This document shows positions 47,904 through 56,231 of a stretch of DNA of 64,000 nt, one piece after another. The notes beneath the pieces are model-generated. The model had not been told where the DNA came from. It saw nothing but the letters and a program-made list of their open reading frames with translations, and made no database searches. Position 1 is the first letter of the stretch. The number at the start of each line of letters is the position of its first letter. Made by a program: the position numbers and the translations under genes. This DNA comes from an uncultured bacterium (lineage in GTDB: Bacteria; Omnitrophota; Omnitrophia; Omnitrophales; Aquincolibacteriaceae): contig CAYSSX010000001.1 in the NCBI GenBank assembly GCA_964434115.1, positions 85,571 through 149,570 of the forward strand. The letters run 5' to 3'.

Positions 47904-49295
47904 ATGTCTGTCTATGCGACGCTGCTGATCGTGGATGATGAAAAAAATACCCGGGAAGGTTTGCAGCGTTTTTTGGAGGGCCTGGGGTTTGATGCCGTGA
48001 CGGCCGCGGATGGTGAGGAAGGGTGGGCGCTTTTTCAAAAAGAACGCCCCGACCTTGTGCTTTGCGACATCCGCATGCCGAAACTTGACGGCATCGGTCT
48101 TCTTGAAAAGATTAAAGCCCAGCATGCTTCTGCGGCCGTGATCCTTTTGACGGCTTATGGAACCGTCGAAGACGCGGTCAAAGCCATGAAAAAGGGCGCG
48201 TATTATTACCTGACCAAGCCGGTGAATCTGGAAGAGCTGGAGTTTCTTATAAACAAGGCTTTGGCCAGCCGCACGCTTGAAGAAGAAAACCGGGAGTTAA
48301 AGGAAGCGCTTTTTAAAGAGAAGTTTGAACAGGGGCAGATTCTTGCCGAGTCGCCGAAGATGCGTGAAATCCTGAAAACAGTGGAACAGGTCGCGGCTTC
48401 AAACGCCACGGTGCTGATCGAAGGGGAGAGCGGCAGCGGCAAGGAACTTATTGCCCACCGCATTCACGAACTCAGCCCCCGGCGGAACAAGCCTTTTGTG
48501 GCGGTCCACTGTGCCTCGCTTACGGAATCGCTTCTGTCCAGCGAGCTTTTTGGTCATGAGAAAGGTTCTTTTACGGGAGCATCGGAACGCAAAGTGGGAC
48601 GCTTTGAGCGCGCCCATCAGGGAACTTTATTTCTGGACGAGGTCGGGGAAATTTCGCAGGAAACGCAGGTGAAACTTCTGCGCGTGCTTCAGGAGCGGGA
48701 GTTTGAGCGTGTGGGCGGAACCAAAACGATTCAGGTGGATGTGCGCCTGATCTGTGCCACGAACAAAAATCTTTTGGAGGAAGTCCGGGCCGGCCGTTTT
48801 CGTGAGGATCTGTATTACCGTTTGAATGTGATTTATATGAAAGTCCCGTCACTCCGGGAACGGAGGGGAGATGTTCCGCTGCTTGTGAAATCGTTTGTGG
48901 AACATTATGGCCGCTTGAATAATAAAAAGATCCGTGAGATAGAACCCGCCGCGATGGACGCGCTGCAAAACTATGACTGGCCTGGGAATGTGCGCGAATT
49001 GAAAAACATTATTGAACGGATGATTGTCCTGAGTCAGGGGGATGTTTTGACTTTGGCCCATGTGCCGGAAGACCTTCGTCAGAATAAGCCCGCTTACCCG
49101 CTGTTGAACACGCTTCCGGGAGGGACTGCCGGTTCTTCCGCGCCCATGGCCTCGGCCCAGCTTGAGGATATGGAAAAAGAGTTTATCCGTGCCAAGCTTC
49201 AGGAGGCCAACGGTAACAAATCCCTGGCCGCCAAAAAACTGGGGATCTCGCGCCGGACCCTTTACCGGAAAATTGAATCTTACAAACTGGAATAA
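47904..49295 (+). CDS. Sigma-54-dependent response regulator (NtrC family)
   Basis: REC LLIVDDEKNTREGL...VLCDIRMP. Walker A GESGSGKE. SELFGHEKGSFTGA. C-terminal Fis-type HTH AAKKLGISRRTLYRKI. Confidence 0.9.
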   Translation: MSVYATLLIVDDEKNTREGLQRFLEGLGFDAVTAADGEEGWALFQKERPDLVLCDIRMPKLDGIGLLEKIKAQHASAAVILLTAYGTVEDAVKAMKKGAYYYLTKPVNLEELEFLINKALASRTLEEENRELKEALFKEKFEQGQILAESPKMREILKTVEQVAASNATVLIEGESGSGKELIAHRIHELSPRRNKPFVAVHCASLTESLLSSELFGHEKGSFTGASERKVGRFERAHQGTLFLDEVGEISQETQVKLLRVLQEREFERVGGTKTIQVDVRLICATNKNLLEEVRAGRFREDLYYRLNVIYMKVPSLRERRGDVPLLVKSFVEHYGRLNNKKIREIEPAAMDALQNYDWPGNVRELKNIIERMIVLSQGDVLTLAHVPEDLRQNKPAYPLLNTLPGGTAGSSAPMASAQLEDMEKEFIRAKLQEANGNKSLAAKKLGISRRTLYRKIESYKLE

Positions 49296-49500
49296 AAACT
49301 GCCAAAGCGGCACACTTTCTGCTGTGCCAAAACGCATCAGCTCTTCTTTAAGGCCTTCCACGAGCACCTCCCTAAATATTCTCTAAGTTATTTTATAGCT
49401 TTAAGTTGCAGGATACTTAGAGAAGCGCCCCTCGGTGGCACGGTAATTGATAAAGAGACGGTGCAGTAAAATATCAGGTCTTATCAAAAAGGAGATTTAT

Positions 49501-51432
49501 ATGGCTAAGATTCTTGGAATTGATTTAGGAACAACGAACTCTTGTATGGCGATTATGGAAGGCGGAGAGCCCAAAGTGATTGCCAACAAGGAAGGCAACC
49601 GCACCACGCCGTCGATTGTGGCATTCACCAAAACGGGCGACCGTTTGGTGGGGCAGGCCGCAAAACGCCAGGGTGTGACCAATCCGGAAAACACGATTTT
49701 CAGCGCCAAGCGTTTCATTGGGCGCCGCGCTTCTGAAACCGAAGCCGAAACCAAGCATGTCCCTTTTAAAGTGAAAGCCGGAAAACATCAGGAAGCAATC
49801 ATCCACGTTCCGATTCAGAGCCGTGATTACACACCGCCTGAGATTTCCGCGATGGTGCTTCAGAAGCTGAAGGCCGACGCGGAAGCGTTTCTCGGCGAAA
49901 CCGTGACCCAGGCGGTCATTACGGTTCCCGCGTACTTCAATGACTCCCAGCGCCAGGCCACGAAAGATGCAGGCCAGATCGCGGGTCTTGAAGTGCTCCG
50001 TATTATCAATGAACCTACGGCCGCGGCGCTTGCCTACGGCCTGGATAAAAAGAAAGATGAAACCATCGCGGTCTATGACCTTGGCGGCGGAACTTTCGAC
50101 GTTTCGATTCTTGAAATTGGAGACGGTGTTTTTGAAGTGAAGGCCACCAACGGCGACACGCACCTTGGCGGTGATGATTTTGACCAGAAGGTGATGGAAT
50201 GGATCATCGATGAATTCAAACGCTCCGAAGGGATTGATCTTTCCAAGGACCGCACCGCGGTTCAGCGTTTGAAGGAAGCCGCGGAAAAAGCGAAATGCGA
50301 GCTTTCTACTTCGCAGACCACGGAAATCAATTTGCCGTTTATCACGGCCGATGCCTCAGGTCCGAAGCACCTGCTGCTCAATCTGAACCGCGCCAAGCTT
50401 GAACAGCTTGTGGCGGAACTTATTGCCCGTACCATCAAGCCTTGTGAAGCGGCGATGCGTGACGCGGGGATCAGCGCGGACAAGATTGATGAAGTGATCC
50501 TTGTCGGCGGTCAGACCCGTATGCCTGCGGTGGTTGAGCAGGTGCGCAAGCTTTTCAACAAAGAACCCCATCAAGGAGTGAACCCGGACGAAGTGGTGGC
50601 CATTGGCGCCGCGATTCAGGGCGGTGTGCTTCAGGGGGATGTGAAGGATATTCTGCTCCTGGATGTGACGCCTCTGTCCCTTGGGATTGAAACCCTGGGC
50701 GGCGTCATGACCAAGCTGATTGAACGCAACACCACGATTCCGGCCCGCAAGTCGGAAATCTTTTCAACCGCCGCGGACAACCAGACGGCCGTGACCGTGC
50801 GTGTTCTTCAAGGGGAGCGTGAAATTGCTTCCGGGAACCGGCTGCTCGCGAACTTCAATCTGGAAGGCATTCCGCCGGCGCCTCGCGGTATTCCTCAGGT
50901 GGAAGTGACGTTTGATATTGATGCGAACGGCATTGTTCATGTTTCGGCCAAAGATCTTGGCACGGGCAAGGAACAGAAAGTGCGCATTGAATCCTCTTCC
51001 GGCTTGTCCAAGGAAGAAGTTGAGAAGCTGGTCAAGGAAGGCGAACTCCACGCGGCGGAAGACAAGAAGAAACACGAACTTGTCACCGCGCAGAATCAGC
51101 TCGACAACTTGATCTATGCCACGGAAAAAAGCCTGAAGGAACACAGCGACAAGATCAACGACGAAGAAAAGAAGCGCGTTGAAGAGGCTTTGAAAGAAGC
51201 CAAGGAACAGGCTAAGAGCGAAGTGCTGGAGAAAATCCAGGAAGTCACCAACAAGCTGACGACCGCTTCTCACACGATTGCTCAGAAAATGTATGAAGAG
51301 GCTGCGAAGAAGGCCCAGGCCCAAAAGGGCGGGGACGCTTCCCAGGCTCCGGGAGCCCAGTCTGGCGGCAAGGATTCGGATGTTGTGGACGCCGATTACG
51401 AAGTCGTGGACGAGGATTCCAAGAAGAAATAA
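49501..51432 (+). CDS. dnaK: Molecular chaperone DnaK (Hsp70)
   Basis: [15 protein letters not shown]; DLGGGTFD; full-length Hsp70. AAAGGAG RBS. Confidence 0.97.
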   Translation: MAKILGIDLGTTNSCMAIMEGGEPKVIANKEGNRTTPSIVAFTKTGDRLVGQAAKRQGVTNPENTIFSAKRFIGRRASETEAETKHVPFKVKAGKHQEAIIHVPIQSRDYTPPEISAMVLQKLKADAEAFLGETVTQAVITVPAYFNDSQRQATKDAGQIAGLEVLRIINEPTAAALAYGLDKKKDETIAVYDLGGGTFDVSILEIGDGVFEVKATNGDTHLGGDDFDQKVMEWIIDEFKRSEGIDLSKDRTAVQRLKEAAEKAKCELSTSQTTEINLPFITADASGPKHLLLNLNRAKLEQLVAELIARTIKPCEAAMRDAGISADKIDEVILVGGQTRMPAVVEQVRKLFNKEPHQGVNPDEVVAIGAAIQGGVLQGDVKDILLLDVTPLSLGIETLGGVMTKLIERNTTIPARKSEIFSTAADNQTAVTVRVLQGEREIASGNRLLANFNLEGIPPAPRGIPQVEVTFDIDANGIVHVSAKDLGTGKEQKVRIESSSGLSKEEVEKLVKEGELHAAEDKKKHELVTAQNQLDNLIYATEKSLKEHSDKINDEEKKRVEEALKEAKEQAKSEVLEKIQEVTNKLTTASHTIAQKMYEEAAKKAQAQKGGDASQAPGAQSGGKDSDVVDADYEVVDEDSKKK

Positions 51433-51440
51433 GCCGTCTT

Positions 51441-51476
51441 GCCCGGGCAGGGGAGAACCCCCTGTCCGGGCTTTTA
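51441..51476 (+). terminator. Rho-independent terminator after dnaK
   Basis: 13-bp GC-rich stem GCCCGGGCAGGGG / CCCCTGTCCGGGC (one G-U) with 4-nt loop, followed by TTTT. Confidence 0.7.
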
Positions 51477-51523
51477 AAAAGAGTCATTGACCTTCCTGTA
51501 ACTCCCTTTAAAATAATGCCTTT

Positions 51524-52414
51524 ATGAAAATGCGTGAAGGCCTTATTCCTCTCTTCGTGATTCTGTCTGCCGCTTTTCTGCCGAATGCTTGGGCGGAACC
51601 GCAGCTGACTGCCCGTGTTTCCTCCACTCAGCCTGTTCTCGATGAAAGCCTTCTTGTGACCCTGGATATTGAATGGGCTCAGGCCGAAGGCTCTTATGCC
51701 TTTACGCTTCCCATGCTTCCCTTAAAAAATCTTATCCTCAAAAGACAGGGTGAATCGCAGGAGACCTTTCAAAAGGGCGATGCTCTTGCGGCGCGCAAGA
51801 CTTTTGTGTTTGAAGTGCAGCCTGAGAAAAAGGGGAATGCCCGTATTGAATCTTTTGCTTTGACCTACGTCGAAAGTACTTCGGGCTCAAGCGGGGAGTT
51901 GAAGGTGCCCGCATTCGATATTCAGGTTCGGGCCAAGGGGCTTCCCGTGATCGTCAAGACTCTGGCCGCGGGGGCTCTTGCCGTGGTTGCGGCACTCTCG
52001 GTGATCCTGATGGTTCTCCGCGGAAAAAGAAAACGCCTGAACTCCGCGCGGGGCCCGGTGGAGTTGTCTCTGGAGGACCGTGCGGCCGGCGCTTTGCGGC
52101 AGCTCCCTGCGGTTTCCTCCGAGTCCGAAGCCTTGTCAAAGGGCGGTGTGGTTTTCCGTTCCTATTTGCTTGAGAAGTTTGCTCTTGCCCAGTCCTCGGC
52201 CGGAGATGCGGAAATCGTCCGCACGCTCGAAGATAAATCATTTGATGTTTCAGAGGTTCGCGCGGCGCGGCGGCTTTTGGAAAAATTCCGGGAAGCCCGT
52301 TATTCGGGCGTCCCCCTCGCGTCATCCGAAGTGCAGAGTATCCTGGAAGAATCGGCTTCCTGGATCGAACGGCGAAGAATTCTTGGGGCATCCGCCCAGT
52401 CAGTTAAAAAATAA
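51524..52414 (+). CDS. BatD-like N-terminal beta-domain fused to a TM helix and DUF4381-like cytoplasmic region (copy 1)
   Basis: Signal peptide MKMREGLIPLFVILSAAFLPNAWA; V..V....L.V.L.IEW pattern; TM LAAGALAVVAALSVILMVL; helical C-terminus. Sigma-70-like TTGACC-N16-TAAAAT immediately upstream. Confidence 0.55.
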   Translation: MKMREGLIPLFVILSAAFLPNAWAEPQLTARVSSTQPVLDESLLVTLDIEWAQAEGSYAFTLPMLPLKNLILKRQGESQETFQKGDALAARKTFVFEVQPEKKGNARIESFALTYVESTSGSSGELKVPAFDIQVRAKGLPVIVKTLAAGALAVVAALSVILMVLRGKRKRLNSARGPVELSLEDRAAGALRQLPAVSSESEALSKGGVVFRSYLLEKFALAQSSAGDAEIVRTLEDKSFDVSEVRAARRLLEKFREARYSGVPLASSEVQSILEESASWIERRRILGASAQSVKK

Positions 52415-52440
52415 CTTGTTGGCTTCCAAAGGAGGAAGAG

Positions 52441-53433
52441 ATGGAAAATGTTTCAATCAAGGAGATTAACGCCAAAGTCAAAGACGCGAGTTCGGTGATT
52501 CAGGATTTACTGCGCGAAATCGGAAAGGTGATCGTCGGCCAGCAGTACCTGGTGGAACGCCAGATGATCGCGATTCTGGGAGATGGCCATATCCTGATCG
52601 AAGGTCTTCCGGGTCTCGCGAAAACGATGTCCGTCAGAACGCTGGCCTCGGCCGTGAAATGCCACTTTCAGCGTATTCAGTTCACTCCGGACCTTCTTCC
52701 CGCTGACGTGGTAGGGACCTTGGTCTACAGCCCCAAAGACGGCACGTTTACGGTTAAGCACGGACCGATCTTTGCCAATATCGTGCTGGCCGACGAAATC
52801 AACCGCGCGCCTTCGAAAGTGCAGAGCGCGCTTCTTGAAGCCATGCAGGAAAAGCAGGTTACGATCGGCGAGAAAACCTACCCGCTTCCGAAGCCTTTTC
52901 TGGTGCTTGCCACGCAGAACCCGATTGAACAGGAAGGAACCTATCCGCTCCCGGAAGCCCAGGTCGACCGTTTCATGCTCAAGCTTGTGGTGACGTACCC
53001 GACGAAAAAAGAAGAAAAGGAAATTCTGGAGCGTATGTCTACGGGCCGCGAGATTGACGTGAACCCGGTCATCGACCCTCAGAAAATTCTGGAACTTCGC
53101 CAGATCGTGAACCAAATCTATATTGATGAAAAGGTGAAGGATTACATTCTGGACCTTGTCTTTGCCACACGCGCGCCGCAGGAATACAAACTTGAAAAAT
53201 TGAAACCGCTTATTTCTTTCGGGGCTTCACCCCGCGCAAGCATCATGCTGACGCGCGCGGCCAAGGCGCATGCCTTTATCCGCGGGCGCGGGTATGTGAC
53301 GCCGGATGACGTGAAGCAGATCGGAATGGACGTGCTTCGCCACCGGGTTTTGATTACCTACGAAGCGGAAGCCGAAGAAATGACCTCGGAACACATCGTG
53401 AAAGCGATTTTTGACCAGGTTGAGGTTCCATGA
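52441..53433 (+). CDS. MoxR-family AAA+ ATPase
   Basis: Walker A IEGLPGLAKT; Walker B VLADEINRA; sensor motifs; about 330 aa. Confidence 0.9.
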   Translation: MENVSIKEINAKVKDASSVIQDLLREIGKVIVGQQYLVERQMIAILGDGHILIEGLPGLAKTMSVRTLASAVKCHFQRIQFTPDLLPADVVGTLVYSPKDGTFTVKHGPIFANIVLADEINRAPSKVQSALLEAMQEKQVTIGEKTYPLPKPFLVLATQNPIEQEGTYPLPEAQVDRFMLKLVVTYPTKKEEKEILERMSTGREIDVNPVIDPQKILELRQIVNQIYIDEKVKDYILDLVFATRAPQEYKLEKLKPLISFGASPRASIMLTRAAKAHAFIRGRGYVTPDDVKQIGMDVLRHRVLITYEAEAEEMTSEHIVKAIFDQVEVP

Positions 53434-54305
53434 TCCCAAAAGAGGTCATGAAAAAGGTCCGGCATATTGAAATCCGGACCACCCGTCTCGTCAACGACCT
53501 CTTTGGAGGCGAATACGAGTCTGTCTTTAAAGGGCAGGGGATCGAATTCGCGGATGTCCGCGAGTACGTGCCGGGCGACGATATCCGTTCCATTGACTGG
53601 AATGTGACGGCGCGCAGCCAGACGACGTTTATCAAGAAGTATATGGAAGAGCGCGAGCTCACCGTGTTCTTTGTGGTGGATATGTCCGGCTCGCAGTATT
53701 TTGGAACCGGCCAGCGCCTGAAGTCCGAAGTGGCGGCTGAGATCACGGCCTTGCTGGCCTTTTCGGCCGTGAAGAACCACGATAAGACCGGTCTTGTCAT
53801 TGCCACGGACCGGGTGGAGAAATTCGTGCCGGTGAAGAAAGGCAAGATGCATGTGCTGCGCGTGGTGCGCGAAATTCTTTATTACAAACCCGAAGGCCGC
53901 AAGACCAAGTTGAGCGCCGCGCTTGAATACCTGCATAATTTTCTGACCCGCACGGCGGTTGTTTTCATTATTTCAGATTTTATGGATGACAGCTTTGAAA
54001 AACCTCTCAGGATTTTGAGCCAGCGCCACGACGTGGTGGCGATTCATCTTAAAGACCGCCGTGAAGAGGTTTTGCCGGACATCGGGCTTATGGAAGTCCA
54101 GGACCCTGAAACCGGGGAAAAGTTCCTGGTCAACACGGCGGACAAAAAACTTCGGCAGGAATTTGAAGCGGCCGCAGCGGAGCGCAACGAAAAATTAAGC
54201 AAGCTTTTAAAGCAGCTCCGGATTGACCGCATTGTGATTCCGGTGGAAGGTTCTTACGTTGAGCCGCTGATTAAATTTTTCAAGATCCGGGAGCGCCGCC
54301 TGTGA
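53430..54305 (+). CDS. DUF58 domain protein (VWA-like partner of MoxR)
   Basis: VREYVPGDDIRSIDWNVTAR and VDMSGS motifs. Confidence 0.8.
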   Translation: MIPKEVMKKVRHIEIRTTRLVNDLFGGEYESVFKGQGIEFADVREYVPGDDIRSIDWNVTARSQTTFIKKYMEERELTVFFVVDMSGSQYFGTGQRLKSEVAAEITALLAFSAVKNHDKTGLVIATDRVEKFVPVKKGKMHVLRVVREILYYKPEGRKTKLSAALEYLHNFLTRTAVVFIISDFMDDSFEKPLRILSQRHDVVAIHLKDRREEVLPDIGLMEVQDPETGEKFLVNTADKKLRQEFEAAAAERNEKLSKLLKQLRIDRIVIPVEGSYVEPLIKFFKIRERRL

Positions 54306-55261
54306 GACGTTTGCTCTTCTTCTTTCTCACGGCCGGGGTTTTGTTTCTTCCGCGCTTGGACGCGGCAGACAATCAAAATACGCCGATTTCAGTCAAGGCT
54401 GAAGTCGACCGCGCCGCGATTACGATCGGGGATCCGGTCAAGTATTCGGTGATCATCCAGTCCGCCCCGAACGTTCAAATCCTTTCCCCGATTCCGTATC
54501 CGCCCAAAGACATTTTTCAGATCAAGAAAATTGAAGAGATCAAGAACGAGGATGCCGGCCAGACGATCACCGGAAAAAAGTTCACGCTCACGGCCTACCA
54601 GCTCGGCGAGTTCATTCTCGAGCCCGTGGAAGTGGAGTACCGTATTAAAGGCGCTCCGGGCGCGGCGGCCGGGGGGGATGAGATCAAGAAGATCCAGACC
54701 AGCCGCATTTTTATCACGGTCAAGAGTGTTTCCGGCGGGAAACCCCAGACGGACATCCGCGGCCTCAAAGCCATTCTTTCCATTCCTCTGAATGTTTTAG
54801 GCATCGGACTCGCGGTTGCCGCGGGGATTTTATTGATTTTGATTCCGATGATTTACCGTATTTGGAAAAAGCGTTCAGCCTTGCCGCCGGCGCCCAAGGT
54901 CATTCTTACCGCGGAAGAAGAAGCCATAGGGCAGCTGAACCAGCTTTTCGATTCCGAGCTTCTCCGTGAAGGGCGGACCAAGGAGTATTTTTTCCGGCTC
55001 TCGGAAATCCTGCGCTTCTATCTTGAAAAGCGTTATAAAATCGCAGCCGTCGAGTCGACCACTTTCGAGATTGTCCGCATGTTCAGGTCTGTCGATGTCT
55101 CTAACGAATTGAGGAACAAAATCCGTGAAGTGCTGGAGGCTTCAGACCTGGCGAAGTTCGCGAAGTACAGGCCCGAACCCGCGGAGATTCTGAATTTAAA
55201 CAAGCAATCCAAGGAGATCGTGGAAGCTTCGCGGCCCCGGGAGGCTTCCGGTGGAGTTTAG
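54302..55261 (+). CDS. BatD-like N-terminal beta-domain fused to a TM helix and DUF4381-like region (copy 2)
   Basis: Signal peptide MRRLLFFFLTAGVLFLP; VKAEVDRAAITIGDPVKYSVII; TM LGIGLAVAAGILLILIPMIY; C-terminal ...TTFEIVRMF... helical domain. Confidence 0.55.
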   Translation: MRRLLFFFLTAGVLFLPRLDAADNQNTPISVKAEVDRAAITIGDPVKYSVIIQSAPNVQILSPIPYPPKDIFQIKKIEEIKNEDAGQTITGKKFTLTAYQLGEFILEPVEVEYRIKGAPGAAAGGDEIKKIQTSRIFITVKSVSGGKPQTDIRGLKAILSIPLNVLGIGLAVAAGILLILIPMIYRIWKKRSALPPAPKVILTAEEEAIGQLNQLFDSELLREGRTKEYFFRLSEILRFYLEKRYKIAAVESTTFEIVRMFRSVDVSNELRNKIREVLEASDLAKFAKYRPEPAEILNLNKQSKEIVEASRPREASGGV

Positions 55262-56231
55262 GCATCCAGGGGTTTTCCTTCTCATTTTTCTGCTTCCGCT
55301 GATTTTCTATATCGCGTCAAAAAAGTCACGCGTTTACCTGCCTTTCTCGACCACGGCGCTTTTCAGAAAGCCGCAAATTTCCCTGAGAATTTTTCTCTAC
55401 CGCGCTATGCCTTACCTCCGGGCGCTGGTTCTGCTGCTTTTTGTGGTGGCTTTGGCGCGCCCTCAAAAAGTCGCGGCCGAGCGCGAGTACAGCACCAACG
55501 GCGTGGATATCGTGATCTCCCTCGACTTGTCAGGATCCATGCTGGCGGAAGATTTTAAACCGGAAAACCGCATGGCCATCGCCAAGCAGGAAGCCATTAA
55601 ATTTATCCGGGGACGTGAAAATGACAGGATCGGCCTTGTGGTCTTTGCGCGCAAGGCGTTTACGCAATGCCCGCTCACCCTGGATTACGATGTTTTGACG
55701 GACCTCACGGACCAGCTTCACGTGGGAATGATCCCGGACGGCACAGCGATCGGCATGGGACTGGCCACGGCCGTGAACCGGCTTCGTGACAGCCAGGCCA
55801 AAAGCAAAGTCATTATTCTGATCACGGACGGATCCAACAACGCGGGCAATATTGACCCCATCACAGCCGCCGAACTGGCTAAGACGTTTGGAATCCGCGT
55901 GCATTCCATTGTCGTGGGGAAGGGCGGTCTTGTGCCTTTTCCGGTGAATGACCCGTTGTTTGGAAAGCGCTACGTACAGGCCAATATCGAAATTGACGAG
56001 GACGTGATGAAGCGGATCGCGGATATTACGGGAGGCTTGTTCTTCCGCGCCCGTGATCCTGAGTCCCTCCACCAGATTTACCAGAAAATCAATGAATTGG
56101 AAAAGACGGAAGTGAAGGTCAAGGAATACCGCAGTTTCGAAGAGTACTTTCACTTGTTCCTGATTCCCGCGCTCCTGCTTTTGTTTCTCGATTGGTTTCT
56201 GGCGCGAACCCTTCTCATGAAGGTGCCCTGA
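55251..56231 (+). CDS. batA: VWA-domain membrane protein (BatA-like)
   Basis: Two N-terminal TM helices. VWA MIDAS DIVISLDLSGSM...TDG. C-terminal TM. Confidence 0.8.
   Translation: MEFRHPGVFLLIFLLPLIFYIASKKSRVYLPFSTTALFRKPQISLRIFLYRAMPYLRALVLLLFVVALARPQKVAAEREYSTNGVDIVISLDLSGSMLAEDFKPENRMAIAKQEAIKFIRGRENDRIGLVVFARKAFTQCPLTLDYDVLTDLTDQLHVGMIPDGTAIGMGLATAVNRLRDSQAKSKVIILITDGSNNAGNIDPITAAELAKTFGIRVHSIVVGKGGLVPFPVNDPLFGKRYVQANIEIDEDVMKRIADITGGLFFRARDPESLHQIYQKINELEKTEVKVKEYRSFEEYFHLFLIPALLLLFLDWFLARTLLMKVP

Noticed and set aside
49296-49500. CIRCE/HrcA operator upstream of dnaK
   Set aside because: No TTAGCACTC-N9-GAGTGCTAA-like inverted repeat present. Only a weak CTAAGT...ACTTAG pair with about 30-nt spacing.
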